Below the pieces are notes generated by a model that was given only the letters and a program-made list of their open reading frames with translations, did no database searches and was not told the origin of the DNA. Positions 1 to 15,374 of a DNA stretch of 64,000 bases are shown piece by piece. A program made the position numbers and the translations under genes. Every line of letters starts with the position of its first letter. The stretch's first letter is position 1. This DNA is from the human T2T-CHM13v2.0 reference genome, Homo sapiens. The DNA is taken from assembly GCF_009914755.1 (NCBI RefSeq), contig NC_060933.1, one strand, 5' to 3'.

Positions 1-517
1 CTGAGGCAATGTCTCAATGGGGAACATCTGAGGGGTTGATGAAGGTGTGTCTTAAGGCACCATGGTGACTGTAGTTTTGCACAGTATCTTGGACTTTTTG
101 TTGCTATTGCAGATCAACACCATTACGTATCTCATGTCATGTAATATCACGAACTGGAATGGTGTATCAATAAATCACCTATTATGGATATTCCGTAATA
201 TTTTCAGGTTTTGGGCCACCCCGCAGAAGAGGATTCAATGAGCTCATGCTATCTTCCCTCTCAAAGGAGGTGGGCAGTAACGCAGAGCATTTGAATTTAA
301 CGCTGAGCCTCTCATGAGAGGGGATACATGGGAAAAGAAGCTCTGTGAAAACTGGAGGTTACTGGGGCCAGATGAGGCTGTATTGCCATGATGGGGATGG
401 ATGATTAGAAACAGTGCAGAGAAAGGGCCCTGACTGATTGGTGTTTCTGATTCCAAAAACATAAAACAAACATGGCAGGTTTTCATGTCTTTGCTATTGT
501 AAATAGTGCTGTGATGA

Positions 518-933
<416 letters not shown>

Positions 934-1336
934 CAGGATGATATTTTCTAAAGTTTCTTCTAGGATTTTTATAGTTTGAGGTCTTACATTTAAATCTTTA
1001 AACCATCTTGAGTTAATTTTTGTATACGGTAAAATGTAGGGGTCCAGTTTCATTCTTCTGCATATGGCTAACCAGTTATCCCAGCACTATTTATTGAATA
1101 GGGAGTCTTTTCCTCATTGCTTATTTTCATCAACTTTGTCAAAGATCAGATGGTGGTAGGTATGTGGATTTATTTCTAGGTTCTCTCTTCGGTTCCATTG
1201 GTCTATGTATCTGTTTTTGTACCAGTACCATGCTGTTTTGGTTTAAACTAGGTGCCCATAAATAGTGGATTGAATTAAGAAAATGTGGTACATATACACC
1301 ATGGAATATTATGCAACCATAAAAAAGAACAAAATC

Positions 1337-1677
<341 letters not shown>

Positions 1678-2704
1678 CTAAGTGAATTAACAAAGCAACA
1701 GAAAACTAAATACCATGTTCTCACATATAAATGGGAGCAAACCATTGGGTGCACATGAGCATAAAGATGGGAACAAAAGACACTGGGACTCCTAGAAGGG
1801 GGAGAGAAGGAGGGAGGGTAAGGGTTGAAAAGCTACTTATTGGGTACTATGCTCACTACCTGAGTAATAAGATCATTTGTACACAAACCTCAGAGTCCCA
1901 CACTATACCCATGTAACAAATCTGCACATGTATCCCCTGAATCTAAAAGTTGAATTTTTTTTCTTACAGTAAGCTTTTATTCATTTATGTTGCATAACCA
2001 GCAATATTGGGAGATATTCAATTTTTTTATTAAGGTGCTAGGCTGTGCCTTAAAGGATTCAAATATTTTAATAAAATGTAGTTTCAAACTATTTTAAATC
2101 AAAATACTCTAATGTTATTTCTAATATGAATGCCATTTTTTTCTGAGTGTGAAAAATTCCAGAAACAGTTATTTATTTTAATACGAAGCTAGTACAAAAT
2201 AAAGTTTAAGTGAAATTAATTGGAGAAAAAGCCAACTTAACTAGGTATAAACTCTATACTTTGCCTCTCTTTATAGAAATAAAATCATGTGCCTTCAAGT
2301 GTATAAGACAGCAGGAACTAATTTCCAAAGGACCAACACTTGGAAAAGCAGTGACAGCATTAGGAGGAATAACTGTTGAGAGCTGCACTCTTGGGACAGC
2401 TGGACTATGCTGCTGGGCAGAGTTCAGGCAGAGCAGGGCTGCTCTCTCTCCTGTCTGGAGAGTGCTCTGAGTGTAGCCCTAGGCCTGCACCTGGCAAGTT
2501 CATGGTTCAGACAAACTCTGGCCTCCCCAGCACAGACAGGCAGCATGGTTCTTCTCACAGTCCAGGGAAATGCTCCTGGACACGTCTCAAAATGAAAGAT
2601 CTTCTCATCTTGTCCCCCAGTGGTTCAAACTTCTGCTGAGTGTGGGCTGAATATCTTTGTGATACATTTATAAACAAATAGATGCTCCCTAAAGTTTTAC
2701 TTTG

Positions 2705-2830
2705 CAACTGTTTCATCCCTCTTCTTCAAAATAAAGTGAATAAAATATTTCATGGAGTTTAGTGAGAAAAATAAATCAGATTATTCATATAAAATATTGA
2801 TTACAGTGCTTCTTGGTACACTGTCCACTG
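2705..2830 (+). mobile_element. MIR fragment
   Basis: Degenerate MIR core 'gtgagaaaaataaatcagattattcatataaaatattgattacagtgc'. Confidence 0.5.
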
Positions 2831-4698
2831 TCTGGGCACACGGGCAATAAATTATAGCTGCTATTTTTAAATATATTATTTGAATATTGTCAGACATAAA
2901 TGAGTATTCAAAACCTCTACTATAATATCTATAAGATATTAAATGCCTACTAGGAAGTATTAATTATTTTTCTATATACAATGTACCAGGAATTCTCAAC
3001 ATGGTTCCCATTCAAATTGGATTGAGGACATTTTCCCACATTTTCCCAGTAGAGACTATCTCAAGTGTTGAACATGAGTGCTAGCTTTGCCCTGTCCTGT
3101 GAGTGCATCACCACACTGACACTCTTGAAGTCCTCTAACTTGATAGTTTCCACGTGAAATCTTAATCCAGTTTCATGAGCAGGGTTGGTTCTACTGAAAA
3201 TTAATGAGGAAGCAGATGAAATTTATTTTTACTTCCCACCCCAATCCCCAAAGCTTATTAATCTCCTTACATCCTGGCCCCTTGCTCTTCCATTTGTTCT
3301 GAGCTCTTGACGTCTGTTTCTCTATGTTTTTTATCCTATCGATTCAATAATTGTTGTTAGAGTGTCTCCTCTGTATTACCCAGGGACATCCGGTTAAACG
3401 CTGCTATTACAAAGTAGATAAGATGCTGTCCATTCCCCCAGTTAATGCTTCTCTTAAATAATTATCATAAATATCATGGGCAATGGCATAAGCAGATTTT
3501 TCTAGTCTACTCCACGGCAGCAGTAATAGAATGTTATCTCAGTGTGTTCAGTGTTGTTAACAATGTCCTGTTTTGTATTTTACTATAAGTTTTTCTTCGG
3601 ATAAACTTGTTTTGTGAAATATGTTCAAAATGTATTAAGAGTCTGCCTTTTAAGCAAATTCTCTGAAAAGCTTCTCCTAGGTATGTACTAAATAAATACA
3701 TTTTCCAGTATGATGCATTCTGCCATTTGGTACATTTTAAGAACTCTTTTCTACTTATTTAATATAATTAAGGTCAAGCTCATTGTACTTTCTTTTTACA
3801 TGTTGTGCATAAATGTATGAACAATTAGTTCATTATATACATTGACTACAATTTTCTGTCTTGTTTTGTTTTTCTTTTCTCAGAGCTAAACTCCTGGAAT
3901 AGGAATTGGGAGACTGGAAGTCTGGTAGTGGCTCTACTGAGTTGACAGACCTGGAGTGAGCACGTGCCAGCACTTTGGTCTCCATATATACCACACAAGA
4001 GTTCAAATAAAATAATGCACACACTTTCCTCCAGCTCTAACATTTAGGACTTGATCATATTTCAAATTCAAAACTCTTCTTAATTTTAATAGGAATCCCT
4101 CTCTAAGACAGCCTTTAAAAGGCAGTAAGCCAAATGTGCGATTGAATTATCAGGTGTATACATGCTGTGGGTTAATTAGCTGAAATACGGCTGAGCTCTG
4201 TTTAGCAGGTGAAAAGAGTTTACACCTTAAAGTAGAATGGTTTTAAAAATTGAACATTAAAATGTTATTCTGTGTTAGTGTGGGTAATAAGATTAAAGAA
4301 CACAGATTAGTTATCAACATAAAAGAATGGGCAGAAAAGTAAATAATGAAGGGAGCAAGACAAGAAGGCAGAATGCAGTGGAGATGAACGTAACTGATCT
4401 CATTCAAAACTCAAGGGATGTGTCAACAGTGAGCAGTGTGAGCCTGAGGGGTTTTAATCAATCATCTGGAACTGTGGGTCACTCCCGCATGGTACATCAT
4501 GAAATTCAAAACAAAACAAAAAAATGGAGCAGAAGGAACATCACACACAACCACTGAATAAAGACGAAAAACATAAAGGAAGACACCCTAATGTCATCAT
4601 GATGACTTCTTTGATAGAATTTTATCAAACATGTCTGCCAACTTTTGAAAAACCGCAACTGAAGAACAGGAGTGGGAAAGACACCCACTAACTTTCTT

Positions 4699-4937
4699 TT
4701 TTTTATTATTATACTTTAGGTTCTAGGGTACATGTGCACAACGTGCAGGTTAGTTACATATATATACATGCACCATGTTGGTGTGCTGCACCCAGTGACT
4801 CGTCATTTACATTAGGTATATCTCCTAATGCTATCCCCCCCTCCCCCCACCCCACGACAGGCCCCGGTGTGTGATGTTCCCCTTCCTGTGTCCATGTGTT
4901 CTTATTGTTCAATTCCCACCTATGAGTGAGAACATGC
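4699..4937 (-). mobile_element. 5'-truncated L1PA (PA3-PA5-like) 3'UTR
   Basis: L1PA 3'UTR with GAG-type diagnostic (rc 'aatgacgag'); perfect 18-bp TSD acacccactaactttctt at 4681-4698 and 4940-4957. Confidence 0.95.
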
Positions 4938-6396
4938 CAACACCCACTAACTTTCTTCAGCTTTGAAACTCACAATGAACGCAGACGCACCACACAAGGC
5001 CACAGCGTCAGAGTCTATTGATGTTGGATGATGAAAGCACAGAAAACAGAACATGACTTTCATCAGGTTTGATCTTCTCATCTTCAGTGTTTTTAAGGCA
5101 TAGAAGAGGACTAAAATGGGATGAATCCAAAGGTTAAAAAAGTGAAACTGCAGAGTGTTTCTGGCTAGCAAGAGTTAGGAAAAGCAAGCAAAAGTCTCTG
5201 AACCCTACATCTCCACCATCTCTTCTGAGCTCGGGATTCCCAGCCTGGATGCAGAGAAAACCCTAGTCCCTATCCGGAGGAAGTCTTGTTACCTCAAATG
5301 CTGTGTATTCTTAACCACACTTCTTTTCAACACAAAGCTGTTCTTTTTCTTGGCTCTCTCATTTCTGCTATTTATATGACTGACATCTGTTCTCTCTTGC
5401 TGAAAAGTTAGATGTGTTTTGGAACTAGGGTAAGACAAGACACACAGGGGACAAGATTTAAGGAGATGCTGCACTTGCACAACCGTGACAGTGAGTGTCT
5501 CCCTAAGGTCTGTGCCCTCGGCACTTCATTACATCACCCCCACCCTGGCCCTGAATCAGACCACTTCTGACTTCAACATACCGCTTGTGTCTGCCTGGCT
5601 TCTGTGCTCCAACGGCCCTGTTGGACTGAGAAAGTGATGCCCATGAACATGTTTGTTTGGCATGGCAGGTTAACTGCGATGAAGAGGTCCATCTCTTCTT
5701 TCAAGGAGCCTGCTGCAAAGTGCTAGTCTCCTCTAAATGGCCGTGTTACATCCCTAGTAAACAAACATGCAGAAACATAAATGCCACTTCTTTAAGCTGG
5801 ATTTCCATGTCCCCTACAGATTCCTTGGGCGTGGGTGTGACTGGAGCATTCGTGGGGTAAAGCCATGGCAGAACCATGCTCAGGCCTGGTTTGGATCACC
5901 CTGCAAACATTCCCATTCTCACCCCAGCTGTGTTCCCAATGGAGGCAGAGAATAAGTGAGAGAAAAGTTGCAACTGGGGAGAAGACAATTCCAGACATAG
6001 TAGGGTGGTTGAACCAACTGTGTATAACATTCTAAATGACTTGAATCCAGACTGACTACACTAGAAATACACAATACTTCTGTTGGTCTTAAATCCTACT
6101 GAATTACAGGAGAATAAAGAGGAAGTATTTAGAAAATGGATATACTTCAAGGAGAGCAATTGAACATTTTTGGGAAGAAATAAAGAGCTATTACTTTATT
6201 CCATGTCTTTATCATCTCATATCTAGATATTCTAATGGATATATATCTTTCTGATTGACCTCCTGCACCAATATTTTAAACTTTTTCTATTCATTCTGCA
6301 TGTGGCATTCCAAAGTGCCACTGGTTCATTTATATTACAAGCACAAAGATAAACAGATAACTTTTTTTTTTTTTAACTTTATGAAGTACAAATGCT

Positions 6397-6712
6397 GGCT
6401 GGGCGCGGTGGCTCACACCTGTAATCCTAGCACTTTGGGAGGCCGTGGCGGGTGGATTACCCGAGGCTGGGAGTTCGACACCAGCCTGGTCAACACGGAG
6501 AAACTCCTTCTCTACTAAAAATACAAAATTAGCCGGGAGTGGTGGCGCATGCCTGTAATCCCAGCTACTCAGGAGGCTGAGGCTGGAGAATCGCTTGAAC
6601 CCAGGAGGCAGAAGTTGCAATTAGCCAAGATCACGCCATTGCACTCCAGCCTGGGTGACAGAGTGAGACTCCATCTCAAAGGAAAAAGAAAAAAAAGGAA
6701 AGGGGAAAAAAA
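6397..6712 (+). mobile_element. AluS (Sq/Sx-like)
   Basis: Full dimer, 'gagttcgacaccagcctgg', degenerate A/G tail. Confidence 0.95.
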
Positions 6713-8240
6713 GGCTTTTCCATATATTTATATTCCATATCATTTTAAATATTAGACAATTTATGTCACTTTGGATGCACTCTAAGTTTAAACAAAGGAA
6801 ATTAGGACAAAGATAAAATGAGGATTGATTAGTAAGAAAAAGCTAGAGTGAGTTGGTACCCACAATGACAGGCCATGAAAACTTTTACAGCTGTTGATTT
6901 TAGTAGAGCAATTTAGTACTGCGTTCTTGGTAGGCAGAGTGAATAAGGAGCAAGAGTCAGTCATAAGATCCCAACTGGCTACAATTTAAAAACACACCTG
7001 TTAATCAAGGAAAGAACCACAATTTTTGGAGACAAGTTCTAGGAGAAATTCTAATCCACGGCATAATGGAAGATGATGCCTTCGCAGTATCTCCATGAGG
7101 AACTCACCTGTGAGTCTCACTAGTTGTCTGTAACACTGACTCTTACTTCAAGCCAATGACATCACTTGGTTCTCTGCATGGCTTTGAAGACCCTTCAAGA
7201 TTAGGCCATCCTCAGCTCCAGAAGACCCCATCCCCTCAGTGAACACTGGGGATCCCACTCTCCTTTCTCCTTTCCAGATAGCTTGTTCATAGCATGTGGA
7301 ATCTCTGTCATTAGAAGCCACAAATACAGCCACATTTTATGTTTCTACTTGGTTCTTTGTGAGAAACAACCCCACGTGAGACATAAAATGAGCCGTTGAT
7401 GGTGAAGAAAATCCAAGACTGCAGAGAGAAAAGCCAATATTTAGGCAGAGTCAGATTCTAATTGGTTACTGGTGTCAATATCTCTAATTTATCGATGATT
7501 TTTTTTTTACATTTTGGGTAGCAAAGAAAATGGAAAGATGAAAACTTGGGCTTGTAGTTATCTTTATCAAAATATTTGAGCAGATTTTCAGGTACCTGAT
7601 TTGCATAAGTTATAAACACATTCACTTGGCTAAAGTTTTGACAGACCTGAGGATGAGTGGGCAGCCTTTGCTGCCACGGAAAATCTAGAATAAATATTTT
7701 GTTTCTGTTTTACTGCTTTTTAAAAGTTGTACATATTGAATGTATTTGTCTTGATGAGTTTAGAATAAGAATATGCCTATGAAACCAACATCACTATCAT
7801 GGCCATAAATATATCCATCACCTCCCAAAGTTTCCTATTGACTATTATTGTTACTGTTTCATTTTGTTTGGTGAGAACACTTAACATAAGATCTACCTTC
7901 TTAGCAATTTTAATTACACAGTAAGGTGTTCTTAGCCGTAGGCACTATGCTGTATGGCAGATCTCCAGAACTTATTTACCTTGCATAAATGAAACTTCGT
8001 ACCCCTTAATCATCACCTTCCCATTTACCCCAACCCCTAGCCCCTGATCACCATTATTCTATTCTCTATTTCTACTTGTGTGATTATTTTAGCTTCTACA
8101 TATAAGTGAGATCATGCAGTATTTCCTTTCTGTGTCTGGCTTATTTCACCTAGCATTATGCCCTGCAGGTCCACTCATTTTGTTGCAACTGGAAGAATTT
8201 CCTTCTTTTTTCAGGCTGAATAATATTCCATTGTATGTAC

Positions 8241-8881
8241 TATGAACCCAAAATATCTGAGACAGATCTCAGTCAATTTAGGAAGTTTATTTCACGAAGG
8301 TTTAAGGATGCACCGGTGACACAGCCTCAGGAGATCCTGATGACATGTGCCCAAGGTGGTCGGGGCACAGCTTGGATTTATACATTTTAGGGAGACATAA
8401 GACATCAATCAACATATGTAATATGTACATTGATTTGGTCCAGTAAGGTGGGACAACTCCACCTTACTTCGACTCCCCCCACCCCCACCAGGTTCCAGGT
8501 TTAGAAGAGGCTTCCAGGTTAGAAGAGACATGGGACAAAAAGGTTGCATTCTTTTGAGTCCTTGATACGCCTTCCACTAACTACACAATTTAGTCTGGCT
8601 CAGTGAATCTGCTTTGTACATAAACAATAGGGCAGAGGAAGCAATCAGATATGCATTTGTCTCAGGTGAGCCTCAGAGGAATGATTTTGAGTTCTGTCTG
8701 TCCTTTGTCCACAAGGAATTTCCTTATGGGCAAAATGTAAGGGAGGTATGTAGCTTTTTATCTTTGTAGGCTATTTTATTTAGGAATCAAAAGGGAGGCA
8801 GGTTTGTCTGACATAGTTCCCAGACTGACTTTTCCCTTGGCTTACTAATTTTGGGGTCCCGAGATTAGTTTTTCTTTCACA
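8241..8881 (-). mobile_element. MER4A1-like ERV1 solo LTR
   Basis: MER4 motifs 'gacacagcctcaggagatcctgatgacatgtgcccaagg'; ends '...tttcaca'; 4-bp TSD gtac (8237-8240 / 8882-8885). Confidence 0.9.
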
Positions 8882-8971
8882 GTACAAACTGTGATTTCTT
8901 TCTCCATTCATCTATTGATGGACATTTAGGGTGTTTATACATCTTAACTGTTGTGGATGATGGTGCAGTGA

Positions 8972-9375
<404 letters not shown>

Positions 9376-9536
9376 ACTATTTCTAATTTTTAAAGTAACC
9401 ACCACATTGTTTTCCATAAGAGCTACATCAGTTTACAGTCCCAAAAACAGTGCGCAAGGGTTTCCTTTTCTCCACAGCCTTGCCAAGACTTGTTTTCTTT
9501 TCTTAATAATAGCAATCCTAAGAAATGCTGAGGTGA

Positions 9537-9923
<387 letters not shown>

Positions 9924-10365
9924 TAATATATTTTGGATATTAAACACTTATGTGTTTTGTAAAAGAATGACACTGGACCTTTATAATACACACAAATTAA
10001 CTCAAAATGGATTAAAGAATTAAATGTAAGACCTGAAACCATAAAATGCCTAGAAAACTGAAGGAGAAAGCTCCTTGACATTTATCTTGACAATGATTTT
10101 TTTGGACATGACATCAAAATCACAGACAAGAAAATCAAAAATGAACAAGTGAAATAAAGCTTGTGCATAACAAAGGAAATAATCAACAAAATCAAGAGGC
10201 AACCTATGGAATGGGAGATTAGCATAAATATTTTGTATGGAAAAAATCTGTTCAAGAAAATCAATAATGAATGCTTTGAACTGTAACAGGTTTAGTACTT
10301 TAAGTACCCATGGAAGCAGTTCATTGCATTCTTTTATTATTTTTTATTAGAATTTTCTTTCTTTT

Positions 10366-10660
10366 GGCCTGGCGCAGTGGCTCACACCTGTAATCCCAGC
10401 ACTTTGGGAGGCCGAGGTGGGCGGATCACGAGGTCAAGAGATGGAGACCATCCTGGCTAACACAGGAAACCCCATCTCTACTAAAAATACAAAAATTAGC
10501 TGGACGTAGTGGCGCACGCCTGTAATCCCAGCTACTCAGGAGGCTGAGGCAGGAGAATCGCTTGAATCCAGGAGGCGGAGGTTGCAGTGAGCCGATCTGG
10601 CTTCACTGCACTCCAGCCTGGGCAACAGAGCGAGACTCCATCTTAAAAAAAAAAAAAAAA
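10366..10660 (+). mobile_element. AluSc-like
   Basis: 'gaggtcaagagatggagaccatcc', 'gaggttgcag'; TSD-like agaattttc. Confidence 0.93.
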
Positions 10661-10676
10661 GAATTTTCATTTTTTG

Positions 10677-10963
<287 letters not shown>

Positions 10964-10974
10964 TATATATTTTT

Positions 10975-11704
10975 TTAAATCTTTTAATTTTTAATTTTTT
11001 ATTTCACTTTAAGTTCTGGGATACCTATGCAGAATGTTCAGTTTTGTTACATAGGTATACACGTACCATGTACCATGGTGGTTTGCTGCACCTATCAACC
11101 AGTCATCTAGGTTTTAAGCCCCACATGCATTAGGTTTTTGTCCTAATGCTCTCCCTCCCTTTTTCCCTTACCCCCGGACAGGCCCTGGTGTGTGATGTTC
11201 CCCTCCCTGTGTCCATGTGTTCTCATTGTTCAACTCCCACTTATGAATGAGGACATGCAGTGTTTGGTTTTATGTTCCTGTGTGAGTTTGCTGAGAATGA
11301 TGGCTTCCAGCTTCATCCATTTCCCTGCAAAGGACATGAACTCATTCTTTTTATGGCTGCGTAGTATTCCATGGTGCATATTTGCCACATTTTCTTCATC
11401 CAGTCTATCATTGATGGGCATTTGGGTTGGTTCCAAATCTTTGCTTTTGTAAATAGTGCTGCAATAAACATACATGTGTATGTGTCTTTATAGCAGAATG
11501 ATTTATAATCCTTTGGGTGTATACCCAGTAAAGGGATTGCTGGGTCAAATGGTATTTCTGGATCTAGATCCTCGAGGAATTGCCACACTGTCTTCTACAA
11601 TGGTTGAACTAATTTACACTCCCACCAACAGTGTAAAAGTGTTCCTATTTCTCCACAGCCTCGCCAGCGTCTGTTGTTTCCTGACTTTTTAATAATCGCC
11701 ATCC
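10975..11704 (-). mobile_element. L1PA (PA7/PA8-like) 3' fragment
   Basis: ORF2 C-terminal peptide MWQFLEDLDPEIPFDPAIPLLGIHPKDYKSFCYKDT plus 3'UTR. Confidence 0.92.
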
Positions 11705-11732
11705 TTTCAAAACTTTAACCTGACAGCATTTA

Positions 11733-12065
<333 letters not shown>

Positions 12066-12203
12066 AATCAGTTGACTAAACAGGTAAGAAACAAGAACAA
12101 AAATATAAATCTATTCAATATATTTATTTTCTGAACATAATGAGAAAGGTTATAATACTTGTAAAAATTCCTTCACTCATTAGTTATACTTTGCATTGTC
12201 TAC

Positions 12204-12520
<317 letters not shown>

Positions 12521-13882
12521 AGATTGTCTACTTTTAGAAAAGTAAGCTGTGAAACACCTAAACTAGGTTATTGCTATGTGACTATATTAACTTCTCTATC
12601 CTTCCACCCTTCACTCAAGTACATACATTTTAGAATGGAAAAAAAGGATGAGAGGAAGCTTCATGCATCAGGCATCAGACATCTAACAAAGAGGTTCCTT
12701 AAGCTGAACTGTTGTCTTGAACCACATTTGGCCAACTGGAACTGCTGGAAATTGTGAGGGAGATGATGAAGAAGTTTCTGGTCCCTCTTATGTTGGACAG
12801 ATTGCTGACAGCCATGGCTGAATGGAGGGAGACAGGAGTGGAAAGCCTTTGTTCTAAGAGTTCTAGGTTTTGCATATGAATACATAGCTGAATCGAAGTG
12901 AAAGGTAGAGAAGGAATATGTAAATCATTGGACATTTTTGGAAAACAATGTTTTCTTCAATTAGTGCTTTTGTGAATAATAGGATGCATTAGGTGTCAGG
13001 AGAGACTTTAAAAAAATTGTGCCAATTTGTGGGTAAGGCTCAGAGCTGAGAACAAGGCATTCCAGTTATTGCTGCCTCTCAGGACACCCAGGTTCCCACA
13101 GGCTTGCTGGGACGTCTGAATTCGGGAAAACAAACCCTCTCCCAGACTCTTGTCCCACAGTGGACATCAGAGAAGGACCTAGGGTGGAGGAATGGTCACC
13201 TAGTTGGGGAGTGCTATGTTCCTGAAAAGATCCTAGTCTTGTTCACCTCTCTAAAGCCAAAGGATATAGCCCTAAGAGAAAGGATTACTCCTGGAGATTG
13301 GGACCCTAAACCCTAAAGTTCGGAATGGGCGAGTCCCTCATTGGGAAGTTGCTAAGCTACACAGTTGGCAGAGAAGATGAGCTGCTGAGGCTGGAGAAAA
13401 GGGAAGAAGAGAACATAGAGGGTTGAGAAAGGAGTCTTCAAAGAGCAGCCATTTCTAGCCTGGGGCATGGCAAGGGTCCACGCGTGTCTATGGAGTTAAC
13501 AGCACCACAGCAGGAGGCTGAGGTTAAGCCATTTTCCTGGCTCCACCATCTTCACAAAAATGCCTACTGAGTAAGGGAATTTCTGCAGAAGGAAGTTTGG
13601 TCAGAAGCTGGGGAGAGATGTGATGTCAGTTTGAGAAGGATCTTCCATGCCAATGAACTTTGCAGAAACAAGGCCCTGGGCTCGTAAGATCTTGCAAAGA
13701 TCCCAAAAAGTCACTCCTTGAAGGAATGATTATTTGTACACCTGCCACACAAAGGGAACCCATGGCCAGTCGAGAAAGGGGACTGCACCCACACCACAGG
13801 TAGCCAAGGCAAGGGATAGCTCTGTCCCGCTCCTGCTAGAGAAGGGAAGGATGTGTGAATAGAAAACCTCTCCTTATTTTCA

Positions 13883-13930
13883 GTGTGGGTGCGTGTGTGG
13901 GGGGGGATGCACGTGCACACACACACACAC
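13883..13930. repeat. (GT)-rich / G-run / (CA)n simple repeat
   Basis: gtgtgggtgcgtgtgt-G8-atgcacgtg(ca)n. Confidence 0.8.
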
Positions 13931-13995
13931 GAGGAGAAAGAGGTCTTTCATTTAAAAATGATTGAACATAAGAGTGCAATTTAAACTGTAATTTC

Positions 13996-14083
13996 TCCCA
14001 CCCAAGTCGTGACAATCAAAAATGTCTCCAGACATTGCCAAATGTCCCCTGAGGGGCAAAATTCCTCCAGATTGAGAACCCCT
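13996..14083 (+). mobile_element. MER20 (hAT-Charlie) 3' half
   Basis: 'gtgacaatcaaaaatgtctccagacattgccaaatgtcccctgaggggcaaaa...ttgagaacccctg'. Confidence 0.85.
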
Positions 14084-14739
14084 GGTCTAGAGAAAGACCT
14101 TATCATTGAGTGGCAGCAACTGTTTTTTTTCTTTCATCTGTTACTTAGACATTCTATGCCACAAAGTGAAAATTAAAGGGAATAAACCTACTGACAAGTC
14201 GTGGAACAAACAGATGTTTTCTGGCAGAATCAGGAAAAAAGCCAGTGGTGCATTGAAAATTACTAGAATTTCTCCTCTGTGGGAGAATCTTGGCAGGCAA
14301 CCTCAGCAGGCATGGGGCTAGATGTGCTTGATTTTTATGCCAAATATTGACTGATTTTCTTAGGTATTGTTCCATGGTATTTTTTCAACTAATGTCCAGA
14401 CTGAGCAGAAAGGCAGCCTGTCTTTGCACGTCATAAAATGAACTGTAGACATATTTGCAGTTGACATAGAAATAGTGTTAAAATGCGTAGACATTAAGTT
14501 TTCAGCCTAGGTTCATGTTTACATGTTCTAAATGCTTTTCTCTCCACTTTCTGACATGGAAATAACCATTTTTTAGGCCTAGATCACACAAAGTCCCTCT
14601 GTGGCATGATCCTGTTCCCACTGGAAAGTGCCGTCTATCACTTTTCTGGGCCTACCCAGAGCTCTGCCCTGGCACTCTATGTTTACCTGAACATATATCC
14701 ATGTCTTCCTATAGATCTATAATCTATAAATTTATAATC

Positions 14740-14820
14740 TTTGTGCCCAGCAGTTAGCACATTTCCAGACACAGTTAGGTGCCTAATTAGTACTTACTTA
14801 CTTACTGAATGAATGAATCA
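14740..14820 (+). mobile_element. L2 3' end
   Basis: 'cagacacagttaggtgcctaattagtact...tgaatgaatgaat'. Confidence 0.6.
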
Positions 14821-14891
14821 TCAGCTGAAATGCACGCACATCCATGTTTCAATTATGCCCCACATAGTGGGGCTTCCTTTTCTCACTCTTA

Positions 14892-15374
14892 TATAACAGA
14901 GAAATGATATTCAGGTACACTCGTTAAAGCACTGTACAAGAGACTTTCCTGAAGGAGGGATCTATGGAGACGGGTATAGGGTCCATGGCAATGGGATTTC
15001 AGAGTGGAGAAGAGAAACTGGGCTGCAAATACAGCATGGGCAAGTGGGAATTTATAACCAAGGGCATGGTGGGGGCCAGTGGGTGGAAAATTATGAAGAG
15101 GAAACAGCAGGGCTGGGGGATTCTGGCTAAAGCTACCCCTGGTAGGATTCTTGCTGAAGACAGGCCAGGCTGATGAGGTATCAACCGGGGGATAGCGGAG
15201 GATGACAAACCTGATTGGGTATTGCGGTGATCAGATATTGAGGGTGGGGAGTTCTTACTAAACTGACTTAGCAGGGTTCTTGCTAAACTGCACTTTATAA
15301 GGAAGTGCACAGATGGGCCTTGGGGATTCCGTTCAGGGGAATGAAGAAATTTTGGTCCAGCCAAGAATCTGTCA
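14892..15374 (-). mobile_element. MER31 (ERV1) solo LTR
   Basis: 'aaactgacttagcagggttcttgctaaactg...gaagtgcacagatgggcc'; ends '...tgtca'; TSD ctta/ccta. Confidence 0.85.

Noticed and set aside
8491-8528. Short direct repeats inside LTRs (ttccaggtt(t)agaagag twice; also gttactcacagtt twice at ~23720-23754)
   Set aside because: Ordinary local slippage duplications in decayed LTRs.
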